Positions 36,723 to 48,070 of a stretch of DNA of 64,000 nt are shown here, one piece after another. The position numbers and the translations under genes are program-made. Origin of the DNA: Spirochaetia bacterium (GTDB lineage Bacteria > Spirochaetota > Spirochaetia > DSM-16054 > Sediminispirochaetaceae); NCBI GenBank assembly GCA_034520965.1, contig JAXHMY010000001.1, forward strand, positions 416,001 through 480,000. Direction: 5' to 3'. Under the pieces are notes generated by a model, which saw nothing but the letters and a program-made list of their open reading frames with translations, was not told the origin of the DNA and ran no database searches. Each line of letters starts with the position of its first letter. Position 1 is the stretch's first letter.

Positions 36723-37106
36723 TTATTTAACTTCAACAACTCCGCCGGCCGCCTCAAGTTTTTCTTTCATTGTATTCGCATCTTCCTTGGATATGCCCTC
36801 TTTCAGAGCCTTATCACCGGATTCAACAATATCCTTAGCTTCTTTCAGACCAAGACCTGTAATGGCGCGAACCTCTTTAATTACAGGGATCTTCTTGCCG
36901 TCGGCAACACCCTTGAGGATCACATCAAACTCAGTCTGCTCTTCTTCCTCAGCACCGCCGGCAGCAGGAGCTGCAGCTGCTGCTGCAACAGGAGCCGCTG
37001 CGGTAACACCGAACTTCTCTTCCATTGCAGTAATTAGTTCAGATACTTCCAACACAGTCATGTTGGAGATAGCTTCTAAAATGTCTTCTTTCTTCAAATC
37101 TGCCAT
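36723..37106 (-). CDS. rplL: 50S protein L7/L12
   Basis: [20 protein letters not shown]. Confidence 0.98.
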   Translation of the reverse strand: MADLKKEDILEAISNMTVLEVSELITAMEEKFGVTAAAPVAAAAAAPAAGGAEEEEQTEFDVILKGVADGKKIPVIKEVRAITGLGLKEAKDIVESGDKALKEGISKEDANTMKEKLEAAGGVVEVK

Positions 37107-37257
37107 ATTAACTTCTCCTTTAATTATCGACGATAGCATGGCTGTAAGCGAAGGCTAACGCCGTTGTATATATGTTTAACTGCAAACTGCAGTCTATTAA
37201 TAGCCGTATACGGCTATTTTCGTCGTTTCGCTTGCCGCAGAGCGACATACGAAACTA

Positions 37258-37797
37258 TTAAGATTCTTCTTGCTTTTTATCCGCCACAGCCTGCAATACC
37301 CGTACAAGTTTCTGGGGAACCGCATTCAAGGTATAGACGAAGTTCTGGATAGGTGCATTCATCGTACCCATAAGTTTGGCGATAAGCTCGTCCCGGGTGG
37401 GCAACTTACTGAACGCTTCCATTTGGAGCACATCAAAGACGTCTCCGCCGATGATTCCACCCTTTATTTCAACAGGGTTCTCTTTCCCGAACTCAACCAG
37501 AATTTTAGCTGCCGGACCCGCCTCTTTTCTTGGAAGGGCAACCGCCGTAGGACCAATCAACAGATCGTCTACTTGCGGCTGCTCCAGCTCTTTCAGAGCA
37601 ATTTTTGCATAGCGGTTCTTTACAACCCGCAGTGCAGTATCCTCTTCACGCAGTTTGTTCCTAAGCTCAGAAATTTGAGAAACACTCAAACCACGATAAT
37701 TGGTAAATATATAGTCTGCGGACTCCTGAAACATCTCTTTGAGTTGATTTACCGCATCTGTCTTCTCTTTATTAATCCTGGTTACATATTCTGCCAT
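37258..37797 (-). CDS. rplJ: 50S protein L10
   Basis: NYRGLSV, VVKNRYAK, LPTRDELIA. Confidence 0.96.
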   Translation of the reverse strand: MAEYVTRINKEKTDAVNQLKEMFQESADYIFTNYRGLSVSQISELRNKLREEDTALRVVKNRYAKIALKELEQPQVDDLLIGPTAVALPRKEAGPAAKILVEFGKENPVEIKGGIIGGDVFDVLQMEAFSKLPTRDELIAKLMGTMNAPIQNFVYTLNAVPQKLVRVLQAVADKKQEES

Positions 37798-37821
37798 AGT
37801 ATTATCTCCTTCGGCGGTACT

Positions 37822-38502
37822 TTACGCCAGTTCCCGGTATTCTAACTTTACACCCGGCCCCATCGTAGAGGACACATATACCGTCCGCATAAACTCACCC
37901 TTTGCGTCGGAAGGTCGCTTTTTCGCGATCTCTCCCAATACTGCATTGATGTTCTCAAGCACCTGAGCCTTCTCCATTGAGACCTTTCCAATAGAAAAGT
38001 GAACAACACCTGTTTTGTCGGAGCGGTATTCAACACGTCCCTTTTTCAATTCGTCAAGCGCAGCCTTTACCTCAAAGGTTACAGTCTGCGTTTTAGGGTT
38101 CGGCATCAAACCTTTGCGACCAAGGATCGGACCCAATCGGCCTACATCCTTCATCATATCGGGAGTTGCTACCGCCACATCAAAATCAAGCCAGCCACCC
38201 TGAATCTTTTCAATCAGATCAGAATCGCCAACGTATGCAGCACCGGCTTCACGGGCCTCTTCGGCCTTCTCACCCTTGGCAAACACAAGTATTTTTTTCT
38301 CACCCTTGAATTGGTTGGGCAAAACCAGCGTATCACGTACGGTCTGGCTTTTTTTCAGATTAAGTTTTACTGAAAGCTCAATCGTCTCATCAAAACTAGC
38401 AAAAGAGAGTTCCTTTACCAGATCTACCCCTTCCTGGAGGGGATATTCCTTTTCCCGGTCAACCTTCTGCAGGGCATCTTTAAACTTCTTACCGTGTCTC
38501 AT
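37822..38502 (-). CDS. rplA: 50S protein L1
   Basis: [22 protein letters not shown]. Confidence 0.98.
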   Translation of the reverse strand: MRHGKKFKDALQKVDREKEYPLQEGVDLVKELSFASFDETIELSVKLNLKKSQTVRDTLVLPNQFKGEKKILVFAKGEKAEEAREAGAAYVGDSDLIEKIQGGWLDFDVAVATPDMMKDVGRLGPILGRKGLMPNPKTQTVTFEVKAALDELKKGRVEYRSDKTGVVHFSIGKVSMEKAQVLENINAVLGEIAKKRPSDAKGEFMRTVYVSSTMGPGVKLEYRELA

Positions 38503-38936
38503 TTGCCGACCTCCACTTCAACACCCATGCTTCGCGCAGTGCCAGCAACAATTTTCATAGCTGCTTTGATATCATTTGCATTTAAGTCCGGCATTTTCAT
38601 TTCAGCGATCTCTTTTACCTTACTTTCCGGAATTTTTGCAACTTTTATCTTATGCGGTTCAGCTGAGCCGCTGTCAATGTTACAGGCCTTCTTGATTAAG
38701 ACGGCCGCCGGAGGGGTTTTTGTGATAAAAGAGAAACTTCGATCTGAAAATACGGTAATTTCTACCGGAATTGTCAAACCCGCTTCAATGTCACCGGTAC
38801 GCTCGTTAAACTGCTGCACGAACTGCGGCGCACTGACCCCGTGAGGGCCCAGAGCAGGACCAACCGGCGGAGCCGGAGTAGCCTTTTGCGCCGGTACCTG
38901 CAACTTAATAACCGCAGTTACCTTCTTCTTCGCCAT
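38499..38936 (-). CDS. rplK: 50S protein L11
   Basis: [19 protein letters not shown]. Confidence 0.98.
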   Translation of the reverse strand: MAKKKVTAVIKLQVPAQKATPAPPVGPALGPHGVSAPQFVQQFNERTGDIEAGLTIPVEITVFSDRSFSFITKTPPAAVLIKKACNIDSGSAEPHKIKVAKIPESKVKEIAEMKMPDLNANDIKAAMKIVAGTARSMGVEVEVGK

Positions 38937-38952
38937 AGTATAATCTCCATAT

Positions 38953-38991
38953 CGTGGTATTATCGTCCGTATGTTTCAACAGACTCCCATC
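38953..38991 (-). promoter_or_regulatory. Probable L1-binding autoregulatory leader
   Basis: UGGGAG..hairpin..ACCAC immediately upstream of the rplK RBS. Confidence 0.5.
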
Positions 38992-39025
38992 AGCCCCTTC
39001 GACGAAGGAGCATATTCAGACTCTC

Positions 39026-39580
39026 TTAAATCTTTTCTACCTGCAGAAAGTCAACTTCCACCGGTGTGGAACGGCCGAAAATACCGACCGACACCCGCAG
39101 CTTGCCTTTCTCTAGATTTACCTCTTCAATGGTACCGGTAAAGGTATCAAAAGGGCCCTCTATTATCCGGACCGCCTCACCAGCTATAAAGTCCTGCTTT
39201 GGTTTAGCAACCTTATCGGAGCGTATTTCACCAGTTTTTTGCAGTATTGATCGTGCTTCGTCTGGTGAAATCGGCTGTGGTTTTGAGCCACCCATAGAAC
39301 CGACAAAACCGGTTACACCCTGAATTTTTCGAATGTGCGAACAAATGCTCTTCCAGCCTTGTTCCGGCAAATCCATCTCTAACAGGATATATCCGGGTAA
39401 AAACTTCTTGTTAGTTACTTTCCGCTTACCGTCTTTTACTTCTACTACTTCTTCCGAAGGCACCTTTACATCGGCGATAACTTCATCGAAAGGGGGCTGT
39501 TCCCTAAGCTTTCGAATGAACTTCTCTACCTTATTTTCGTGCCCAGAATAGGTATGTAGGACGTACCATCCTTTCGCCAT
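39026..39580 (-). CDS. nusG: Transcription factor NusG
   Basis: WYVLHTYSGHENKV, FLPGYIL, IFGRSTPVE. Confidence 0.98.
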   Translation of the reverse strand: MAKGWYVLHTYSGHENKVEKFIRKLREQPPFDEVIADVKVPSEEVVEVKDGKRKVTNKKFLPGYILLEMDLPEQGWKSICSHIRKIQGVTGFVGSMGGSKPQPISPDEARSILQKTGEIRSDKVAKPKQDFIAGEAVRIIEGPFDTFTGTIEEVNLEKGKLRVSVGIFGRSTPVEVDFLQVEKI

Positions 39581-39656
39581 TTCCTTATCCTCTTCCCTTC
39601 TCCAAAAAATAACACAAACTTTCCGATGTGTATTCCGTACAGGGGATAAATGCGAC

Positions 39657-39836
39657 CTAAAAAACTAAGTCCATACCTTTCAGGAGAAGGAAATCAACTA
39701 CACCAAGTACTAAGGCGAAGGCTATCACCGAAATGATTACCACTTTTGTTGATGACGCCACATCCTCTCGGCTTGGCCACACCACCCGTTTTAATTCAGC
39801 GTAACTCTCTTTAAAAAACTGTATGATCTTCTTCAT
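39657..39836 (-). CDS. secE: Preprotein translocase SecE (not in ORF track)
   Basis: Manual translation MKKIIQFFKESYAELKRVVWPSREDV followed by one TM. Confidence 0.93.
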   Translation of the reverse strand: MKKIIQFFKESYAELKRVVWPSREDVASSTKVVIISVIAFALVLGVVDFLLLKGMDLVF

Positions 39837-39868
39837 TTCGTCATTCCCCTCATGTTTAACAAAAAAAG

Positions 39869-39942
39869 CAGGCCAGGTAGGATTCGAACCTACAACATCC
39901 GGTTTTGGAGACCGGCGCTCTAGCCGTTGGAGCTACTGGCCT
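39869..39942 (-). tRNA. tRNA-Trp (CCA)
   Basis: Cloverleaf AGGCCAG..CTCCAAA..GTTCGAATC..CTGGCCTG; canonical position before secE. Confidence 0.95.
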
Positions 39943-39951
39943 GTGTGAGGT

Positions 39952-40128
39952 CTACTTAATTTTTGACTCTTTATGCAGCGTGTGTTTTTGATCAAAACGA
40001 CAATACTTACTGAACTCCAACTTTCCCTGGATATTACGCCGATTCTTGGTCGTTGTATAGTTTCTGCGACCACACTCACTGCATTTCAGCGCAATCTTCT
40101 CTATATTACCTTTTTTCTTACTCGCCAT
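39952..40128 (-). CDS. rpmG: 50S protein L33 (not in ORF track)
   Basis: Manual translation [46 protein letters not shown]. Confidence 0.94.
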   Translation of the reverse strand: MASKKKGNIEKIALKCSECGRRNYTTTKNRRNIQGKLEFSKYCRFDQKHTLHKESKIK

Positions 40129-40204
40129 TGTAGATTACTCCTGTAATGATCGCTACTGCATACAAAAAGAAAAGCCTATTTCTCCATGCCATCCTAGAAG
40201 GGAC

Positions 40205-40233
40205 AGCTTATCTAACTAGCCATATAATGTCAA
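40205..40233 (-). promoter_or_regulatory. sigma70 promoter for rpmG-secE-nusG
   Basis: TTGACA-17 nt-TAAGCT. Confidence 0.6.
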
Positions 40234-40245
40234 GCAGAGTACGGA

Positions 40246-40297
40246 GAGCATTCGCAATGTGAAAATTTTTGGAAAATTTTCACATTGCGAATTGCTG
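40246..40297. repeat. 52-bp palindromic element, copy B
   Basis: Same length and flanks as 4777-4828, with compensatory stem changes. Confidence 0.8.
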
Positions 40298-40312
40298 CGG
40301 AGAGATGCTTCG

Positions 40313-40385
40313 AGCCCTCGATCGGATTTGAACCGATGACCCCATCCTTACCATGGATGTGCTCTACCGACTGAGCTACAAGGGC
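40313..40385 (-). tRNA. tRNA-Thr (GGT)
   Basis: Cloverleaf GCCCTTG..ATGGTAA..GTTCAAATC..CGAGGGCT. Confidence 0.95.
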
Positions 40386-40402
40386 TTAAAAGTGACTGGG
40401 AA

Positions 40403-40431
40403 AAAGTACCAAAGCCGGCCTTTTTTGTCAA
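40403..40431 (-). promoter_or_regulatory. sigma70 promoter of tRNA-Thr
   Basis: TTGACA-17 nt-TACTTT. Confidence 0.6.
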
Positions 40432-40483
40432 TACCAGCTGTTATAAATATATGGATTGTGTGATCTTTTTAAGTGCGGCCGCA

Positions 40484-40500
40484 TTGGCAGGCCACTTGCG
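40484..40500 (+). promoter_or_regulatory. Putative sigma54 -24/-12 promoter
   Basis: TTGGCAG-GCCAC-TTGCG with GG-N10-GC spacing. Confidence 0.45.
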
Positions 40501-40556
40501 GGGCACTTACAGAGCACTTGTCATTTTTATCTGTACTCACTACTATCCTGTATAAG

Positions 40557-42107
40557 ATGCCTCATAGCGGAATACACTATAGACGAAAATTACAAGAACT
40601 CACCCTGCTGTTTGAAATAAGCCAAACCCTGGATCGGAGTCTCGATCGTAACAGGTGATTCTCCCGGTACTGAGACAGCTAAAAGAGCATATGGGGCTTT
40701 CCCATGGAACCGTAACCCTGCTGAACCGGCAAACAGGGCTCATCACTGTGGAAGCTGCAGCGGGTATTGCCCGGGATTCTCAGTCACAAGTGGTCTACAG
40801 CCCCGGGGAAGGAGTTACCGGTAAGGTAGTTCAATCCGGTAAACCGATGGTAATTCCAAATATACAGGAAGAAACCGATTTTCTCGATAAAACAGGGGTG
40901 CATCGCGAAATCGACGGTCAGGCGGTGGCCTTCATTTGTGTACCGGTTATGACCAACAAGGATATTCTAGGGGCACTCAGTGCCGATAGGGCCGACGGAA
41001 GTCCTCAGAGCCTGGATGACGATGTTCGGCTGCTGTCCATTGTTGCATCCATGATCGCCCAAGCGGTAAAACTCCGCCGCAGCGTTCAGGAAGAGCGTGA
41101 GCGCCTCACGGATGGAAAACCGCCGACTGAAGGACCAGCTGGAAGAGAAATTCAGACCCAAAAACATCATCGGCAACAGTGCCGCTATGAAAGAGGTGTT
41201 CAACCTGATGGCCCAGGTATCCGGAAGCGAGGCATCGGTACTGATCCGCGGTGAGAGCGGCACCGGGAAAGAGCTGATTGCGCTGGCCATTCACTACAAC
41301 AGCCCCCGATCCGAAGGGCCCTTTGTAAAGGTCAACTGCTCTGCCCTACCTGAGACGGTAATTGAAAGCGAGTTGTTTGGTCACGAAGGGAGCCTTTACG
41401 GGTGCAGTCCAAACCCGGAAAGGACGTTTTGAGCTGGCCGATGGAGGTACCATCTTTCTCAGACGAGAATAGGAGACCTGCCTCTATCTATTCAGGTTAA
41501 ACTGCTGCGGGTTCTGCAGGAACGGGAGTTTGAACGGGTGGGAGGCAACCATACTCAACGGGTAAATGTAAGGATTATCACTGCAACCCACCGGAATTTG
41601 GAACAGATGATAGAGAAAAACGAGTTCCGGGAAGACTTGTACTACCGTTTGAATGTATTTCCCCTTCACGTACCCCCGCTGAGGGACCGCAAAAGCGATA
41701 TTACCTTATTGGCAGATTATTTTGCCGAGAAATACAGCACTAAGAACAACAAGGAGATCCGCAGGATCTCTACTCCGGCCATTGAACTACTCTCCTCGTA
41801 CCACTGGCCGGGGAATGTGCGCGAACTGGAGAACTGTATCGAACGGGCAGTACTTTTGAGTACCGATGGGGTGATTCATGGTCATCTTATGCCGCCCACC
41901 CTGCAGTCGGCCGAATCTACCAACACCCTTCTACATAAAACCCTGGAAGAAGAGCTCGAACGGTTTGAAAAGGAGATCCTCCTGGATGCGCTAAAATCAA
42001 GCAAGGGGAATGCCGCCCGGGCAGCCCGCATTTTGGGACTCACTGAAAGAAAAATCGGGTTACGAATTTCTAAATACGGCATTGATTCCCGCCGCTTCCG
42101 CTCTTAA
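40557..42107 (+). CDS. NifA-like GAF-AAA+-HTH sigma54-dependent activator (several frameshifts)
   Basis: GAF domain (PGEGVTGKV), Walker [45 protein letters not shown], Fis-type HTH. Confidence 0.85.
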
Positions 42108-42146
42108 ATTTTAAGTATGTCCCAAGCTACTCTTTAAGGAGATTCC

Positions 42147-44732
42147 ATGAGTACTAAAGAACCGACCAACAAGGCTTCAAAATCAAATTCTGATACCGTG
42201 AAAAACACACCGGAGGCAGCCGAAGGACTCTACAACAGCCGTCACGGAAAAGATGGTACGTCGGTAAGCTGGGGCTTTGCAGAACACCTCAAATATACCC
42301 TGGGCGCCGACCGCTTTAATGCCACCTCGCGCGACCAGTTTATGGCACTGGCTTATGCAATTCGCGACCGCATTATGCATCAATGGCTAAAAACAAAACA
42401 AACCCACTACCAACAGGATGTGAAACGGGCTTACTACCTGTCCATGGAGTTTCTGATGGGCCGCGCCATGGGCAACAACATTATCAACATGGAGTTGAAA
42501 GGAGAAGTTCAGCAGGCCCTGGAGGAACTCGGGTACCGCTATGAAGAACTGGCTGAACAGGAGGTTGATGCCGGACTGGGAAACGGTGGCCTCGGGCGAT
42601 TGGCCGCCTGCTTTCTCGATTCAATGGCAACCATGGATCTGCCGGCCTACGGCTATGGTTTGCGCTACGACTACGGGATTTTTCGTCAAAAAATAGACAA
42701 CGGCTACCAGATTGAGCAGCCCGATGACTGGCTGCGATGGGAGAACCCCTGGGAAATCGAGAGGCCCGAGCACGCGGTCGATGTGACTTTGGAGGACGGG
42801 TAGAACCGATGCTGGAGCACGGCACCCGGATATACCGCTGGATCAATGCCCAGTCGGTGAAAGGGATTCCCTACGATATGCCGATTGTCGGTTACGGGGG
42901 AGCCACGGTAAACACCCTTCGTCTTTGGTCTGCCCGGGCGGCGGAGGAGTTCGATTTCGAGGATTTTAACGCCGGCGACTATGTTGAAGCGGTCAGCGCC
43001 AAGGTGATGGCTGAAAACCTGACCAAGGTGCTCTACCCGAACGACAAGCTTTATTTAGGCAAGGAACTCCGGTTGAAGCAGCAGTACTTTTTTGTCTCCT
43101 GTTCACTGCAGGACATTCTGCGCCGATTCAAGCGCGGCTCCCACAACTGGGAGGAGTTTCCCAAATATGCCGCTATACAGCTCAATGATACCCACCCCTC
43201 GCTGGCGGTACCCGAGTTGATGCGACTGTTGATTGACGAGGAGGGATTGCGCTGGAACCGCGCCTGGAATATTACCGTCAAAACCTTAGGCTATACAAAC
43301 CGCACCCTGATGCCGGAGGCACTGGAGAAGTGGCCTGTGCCGATGCTGGACCACCTACTCCCGCGTCATCTGCAGATTATCTACGAAATCAATCATCGTT
43401 TTCTGCAGAAAGCTATAACGGTATTTCCTCAAGATATGAAAAAAATACGCCGGGTAAGTCTGGTTGAAGAGACTACTCCTAAGCAGATCCGTATGGCCCA
43501 CCTGTCAATAGTAGGCTCTCACTCTACTAATGGGGTGGCGGAGCTGCACACTAAACTGCTGAAAAAGCGTCTGGTCCCCGAACTGGCGGCAATTTTTCCT
43601 GAGCGTTTTAACAGCAAAACTAACGGTATCACTCAACGTCGCTTTCTGCTGCATGCAAACCCGCCATTGGCAGAGCTTATCAGCAGCACCATCGGCGATG
43701 AATGGATTACGGATTTATCAAAAATTTCTAAATTGAAGCAGCATATCGACGATCCGGAACTTCAAGAAGCCTACGGCAGGGTAAAACGACAGGCCAAGGC
43801 AAAGCTCTCCGACTATATCCATAAAACCCATGGTTGGGTTATTGACCCGGACAGCTTTTTTGATGTTCAGGTGAAGCGTATGCATGAATACAAGCGACAG
43901 CTGCTCAACGCGCTCCATATTGTCATTTTGTACAACCGGATGCGAAGGGGCAACCCGGATGATTTTGCCCCGCGAACTTACTTGTTCGCCGGCAAGGCTG
44001 CACCCGGGTATGCTATGGCTGAACTGATAATCAAGTTTATCAACAACATTGCTGCGGTCATTAGGCTACGGATGCCGAGCTTAAAGGACGGTTAAAGGTA
44101 CACTTTCTACCTAACTATAGTGTCTCTTTGGCGGGAGGAATCATACCTGCCACCGATCTCTCCGAAAGCAAAATCTCTACCGCGGGAACGGAGGCTTCGG
44201 GAACCGGCAACATGAAGTTTATGTGTAACGGAGCTCTGACTATAGGGACTATGGACGGGGCCAATATAGAAATAGTGGAAGAGGCGGGACGGGAAAATGC
44301 CTTTATCTTTGGTATGTCTGCAGATGAAGTGGCCGAGCTGGCACCCACCTACAATCCCTCACCTTTTACGCGGATAATGAGGAAATAAAAACGGCGGTAG
44401 ACCTGATTTTCTCCGGACATTTTAATTTTTCCGAACCGGGGCTTTTTGAACCCCTGCGGCAGGCACTGTTTGAGCAGGGAGACCAATACATGCACTTGGC
44501 CGACCTGCCGTCCTATTGCCGGGCCCAGGATGCCGCAATTGGTCTGTATAATGATCATCGAAACGAGTGGAACCGCAAGGCCCTCATTAATATAGCATCT
44601 TCAGGGAAGTTCTCTTCCGACAGAACCATAGGCCAGTATGCTCAGGAGATTTGGGATGTAAAAGCCTGTCATGTTGATAAGGATATCGACCCCTGTGACA
44701 CGCTGGAGAATGCAAAGAATGTCAAAGAGTAG
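42147..44732 (+). CDS. glgP: Glycogen/alpha-glucan phosphorylase (frameshifted)
   Basis: [34 protein letters not shown] motif [17 protein letters not shown]. Confidence 0.93.
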
Positions 44733-44750
44733 CTGAAACTAACGCTGAAA

Positions 44751-45471
44751 CTAGAAGGAAAACTGCTGTAAAAACGGAACTACGTATGGATCTAGGGTAG
44801 TGAACACGAGCACCACCAATAAAGCCGGCAGAAAGTTGCCGGTTTTTATGTCATGCAGTTTCAGCAGATTCATTCCTATCATTAGAATCAAAATACCACC
44901 GGTCCCGGAAATTTCAGCCAGCCCAAGTTCGCCGATAAGCGGCCCGATTACTCCGGCCAGCAGGGTTAAACCGCCCTGATACACAAGAATCGTTATAACC
45001 GAGAACATCACCCCGATTCCCATGGCGGCGGTAAACATAATCGCCATAAACCCGTCCAGTACCGATTTCATCAAAATCAAATCGTAATTTCCCTCGGCAC
45101 CGGCTTTGATAGCACCCACAATCGTTAAAGCCCCTACACAAAACAGCACCGATGCATCCAAAAAGCCCTGGGCAAAATTAGCACCGCTTTCTTCATTTTT
45201 TACGAAGCTGCGCTGCAGCCAGCGGCCGAAGCTCATTTGTCCCGCCCTCTATGTTCCAGGCAGTACCAAGCATTCCCCCAAGAATCACCGCCAGAGCCAT
45301 ATAGACAATCCGCTGTGATTCAAAGGTCATCTGCATACCGATGGCCAGAGAAATGAGGCCGGCACCTATGTACACAACCTCTTTGATTTTAGGACTCATA
45401 TTTTTGCGCAGCAGAAGCCCTACCGAAGAACCGATTATAACTGCAATACAATTAACTATTGTGGCTATCAT
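44751..45471 (-). CDS. DUF554 (YdfK-like) membrane protein (frameshift near 45240)
   Basis: MIATIVN..IIGS..G; ASVLFCVGALTIVG; KSVLDGF; NFLPAL. Confidence 0.85.
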
Positions 45472-45629
45472 GGCAGGTATTGTAGCGAATCCCCCCAATT
45501 CTGGGAATAGATATATCTCTTTATTAAAACAGGTATTATAAATAGTTTGAGTAGCGAGCTCTGAACCTGCATTCGACTTTGCGCTGAGGCCGGTGTACGA
45601 ATCCGTCAAAAAGGGCTACACTCGGCCAT

Positions 45630-46271
45630 ATGCAAGAACAATTATCACGCTCGAAAATACTGCCGTATGAGTGCCTCATTCCCAGTGCCGGCTTATCCCG
45701 CCGCATGGGTGCATGGAAACCACTGCTCGAGTACCATAACCGCCCATTAATCTTTGCTTCGGTGGATAACGCGCTCTCCGCCTGTGAGAGGGTGATATTG
45801 ATAAGCGGACATCGGGCGGAGGAACTCGAAAAGCTGTGTGCAGAGGAATACGCCGGCTCACAGCGGGTAGAGTGCATCCGTAATCCCCAGTATGAGCGGG
45901 GGATGTTCAGCTCAATTCAGGCCGGAGCTGCCCATATTCGCAGCCGGTGGTTTTTTGTTTCCCTGGGTGATATGCCGGAGATCCCGAAGGAGCTGTACTT
46001 CAAATTGGCGGAAATGGCCGCTCAGTCGGAGGAATATGATATTATCCGGCCGGTGTTTCAGGAGCGACCGGCACATCCGGTACTGCTGCGGCGCAGTGTG
46101 GTTAAGAGCATCCGCAGCCTGCCGGCAGATGCGAATATGCAACAGGTGTTTACGCATCATAGTACCCACAGCGGGCAGAAGGTAATGGAGGTTCCGGTAG
46201 ATGAACCGGGCAGCCTATTCGACATCGATTCACCCGCCGATTTAGAACATACCGACCCACAGGAGGAGTAG
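45630..46271 (+). CDS. MocA/MobA-like nucleotidyltransferase
   Basis: SAGLSRRMGAWKPLL, NPQYERGMFSSI, LGDMP, DIDSPADL. Confidence 0.85.
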   Translation: MQEQLSRSKILPYECLIPSAGLSRRMGAWKPLLEYHNRPLIFASVDNALSACERVILISGHRAEELEKLCAEEYAGSQRVECIRNPQYERGMFSSIQAGAAHIRSRWFFVSLGDMPEIPKELYFKLAEMAAQSEEYDIIRPVFQERPAHPVLLRRSVVKSIRSLPADANMQQVFTHHSTHSGQKVMEVPVDEPGSLFDIDSPADLEHTDPQEE

Positions 46272-46273
46272 CT

Positions 46274-47383
46274 ATGCAATTGGAGCCATTTAAACTCGAA
46301 CGCTTTTTTGCCGAATATGAGTTCAATGTGGAGTATCAGATGAGCGCCTCCGACTGTGAATCGATGAGCGTGGGTGAACTGCTGTCATACGACACAAGCG
46401 CCACTTCCCTCGGCGGGCTGGAACAACTTCAGCTGGGTTATAGCGAATCAAAGGGTGCGCCTCAGCTGCGGGAGGCCGTCAGTCGTTTATATTCACAAAT
46501 TTCCCCGGAGGGGGTGTTAATTGCCGCCCCGGAAGAATTGATTTTTCTGTTTCTCAGCGCACATCTTGCAAAAGACGACCATGTAGTTATTACTACCCCC
46601 GCCTATCAATCCCTCACGGAGATCCCACGTTCCCTCGGCTGCCGAGTGAGCACATGGCCGGTGGAGCTGCGGGAAGGTCGTTGGCAGCTTGATTTTAATT
46701 ATTTAGAGCGGGAATTAAGCGATTCAACTAAAATGGTGATCGTGAATATTCCCCACAATCCGACCGGTATGGCGTTTACTGAAGCAGAGAAAAGACGCTT
46801 AACGGAAATTTTGAGGCGACATGGAACGCTGCTGCTGGCAGACGAGATGTACTGGCAGCTGGAATATGCTGATGAAGTTTCTTCCACCCCCTTCTGCGAC
46901 TTGTACGAGAAGGCAGTCAGCCTTTCCGGTCTTTCTAAGGCCTACGGTCTGCCTGGTCTGCGAATCGGCTGGTTAGCCGGCCAATCGAGTGAGCTGTTAG
47001 AGCCGGCGGCCCAACTAAAGGACTATACCACCATCTGTAATTCCGCCCCCTCGGAGTTTCTCGCTTTGATTGCGGTTCAGAACAGCCCACAATTAGTAGG
47101 GCGGTGCCGAGGAATCATAGCCGAAAACCTAGCCTTGCTCAGCACACTGGCCAAAGACCATCCGCTTCAAATAGAGCTGCTGCCCGGACAGGGCGGGTCA
47201 ATTCTATTTCCTCGCTTTATCGACGGCCGGTCTGCCGAGAAGGCTTCACAGCAACTTATTAAAAAACAGAACCTCCTGATGCTTCACGGACCACTGTTCG
47301 ACATGCCGGACAACTATTTTAGAGTTGGATTAGGACGTACAAGTTTTGCCCAGGCATTAAACAAATTCGAGGATATATTATGA
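46274..47383 (+). CDS. PLP-dependent aminotransferase class I/II
   Basis: NIPHNPTG, DEMY, SKAYGLPGLRIGW. Confidence 0.9.
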   Translation: MQLEPFKLERFFAEYEFNVEYQMSASDCESMSVGELLSYDTSATSLGGLEQLQLGYSESKGAPQLREAVSRLYSQISPEGVLIAAPEELIFLFLSAHLAKDDHVVITTPAYQSLTEIPRSLGCRVSTWPVELREGRWQLDFNYLERELSDSTKMVIVNIPHNPTGMAFTEAEKRRLTEILRRHGTLLLADEMYWQLEYADEVSSTPFCDLYEKAVSLSGLSKAYGLPGLRIGWLAGQSSELLEPAAQLKDYTTICNSAPSEFLALIAVQNSPQLVGRCRGIIAENLALLSTLAKDHPLQIELLPGQGGSILFPRFIDGRSAEKASQQLIKKQNLLMLHGPLFDMPDNYFRVGLGRTSFAQALNKFEDIL

Positions 47384-48056
47384 ATGAAAATATACAACGG
47401 TACTACAAGAAAACTGATCTTCCCCAGGCCCTTCGAGAACTCAAGGGGCGCCCGGTAGTCGTATTCGACCTGGAGACTAACGGTCTTTCTAACCGAAGCA
47501 GCGTTTTATCCTGTAGTGCCTTCAAGTTCAGCATCAAGGGCAGGCAGCAGCTCCGGCGGGAAACTCGACCGCTACTCCCAGCCCCCCTGACAATCCCTTC
47601 GTATTCCCCGAGGCAGGCCCCCTGCAGTTAACCGGAGTTTTCGAGCGCTACTACTTCTCCCGCGAGCCGGAGAATATGGGCGCGATCCGGGTAAATGGAC
47701 TGAGCGAGGAGGTAATCCGCAGCCGTCGCGGGAACGAAGCGTGGCCGGACTACTTTTCCGAGGACCAAGAGTTCCTCGATTTCATAAGAGATGCCGGACT
47801 GTTTGTAGCCCACAATATCGATTTTGACGCCCAGTTTGTCCCGTTTCTGTGTGATAAACCCCTGTTCTGCACGATGAAAAGCAACAGCATCGGCAAATAC
47901 CCAAAATTGGCCGAATTAGCCCGCCGATTTAAGATTAGCACCGATGGAGCTCAGCTTCACGGCAGCAGCTACGATACCTACATCACCGCCCTTGTGTTTA
48001 GTAAAATGGTGGAAGAGGCCCTCCCGGCTTCCAAACAGGGGGAGATGTTTTTTTGA
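47380..48056 (+). CDS. DEDDh 3'-5' exonuclease (frameshifted)
   Basis: VFDLETNG, VAHNIDFD, LHGSSYD motifs across two ORFs. Confidence 0.75.
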
Positions 48057-48070
48057 GCCGGGAGAATACA

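Noticed and set aside
40313..40560. tRNA-Thr as an integration site for a mobile element
   Set aside because: No integrase, transposase or duplicated tRNA 3' end seen in the window.
40557..42107. Calling the activator nifA and inferring nitrogen fixation
   Set aside because: The domain architecture is shared by many activators and no nif genes are present here.
47560..47660. Near-duplicate tcga(c/g)cgctact in the exonuclease gene as an insertion scar
   Set aside because: Only 12 nt with a mismatch, in a frameshifted noisy stretch; not supportable.
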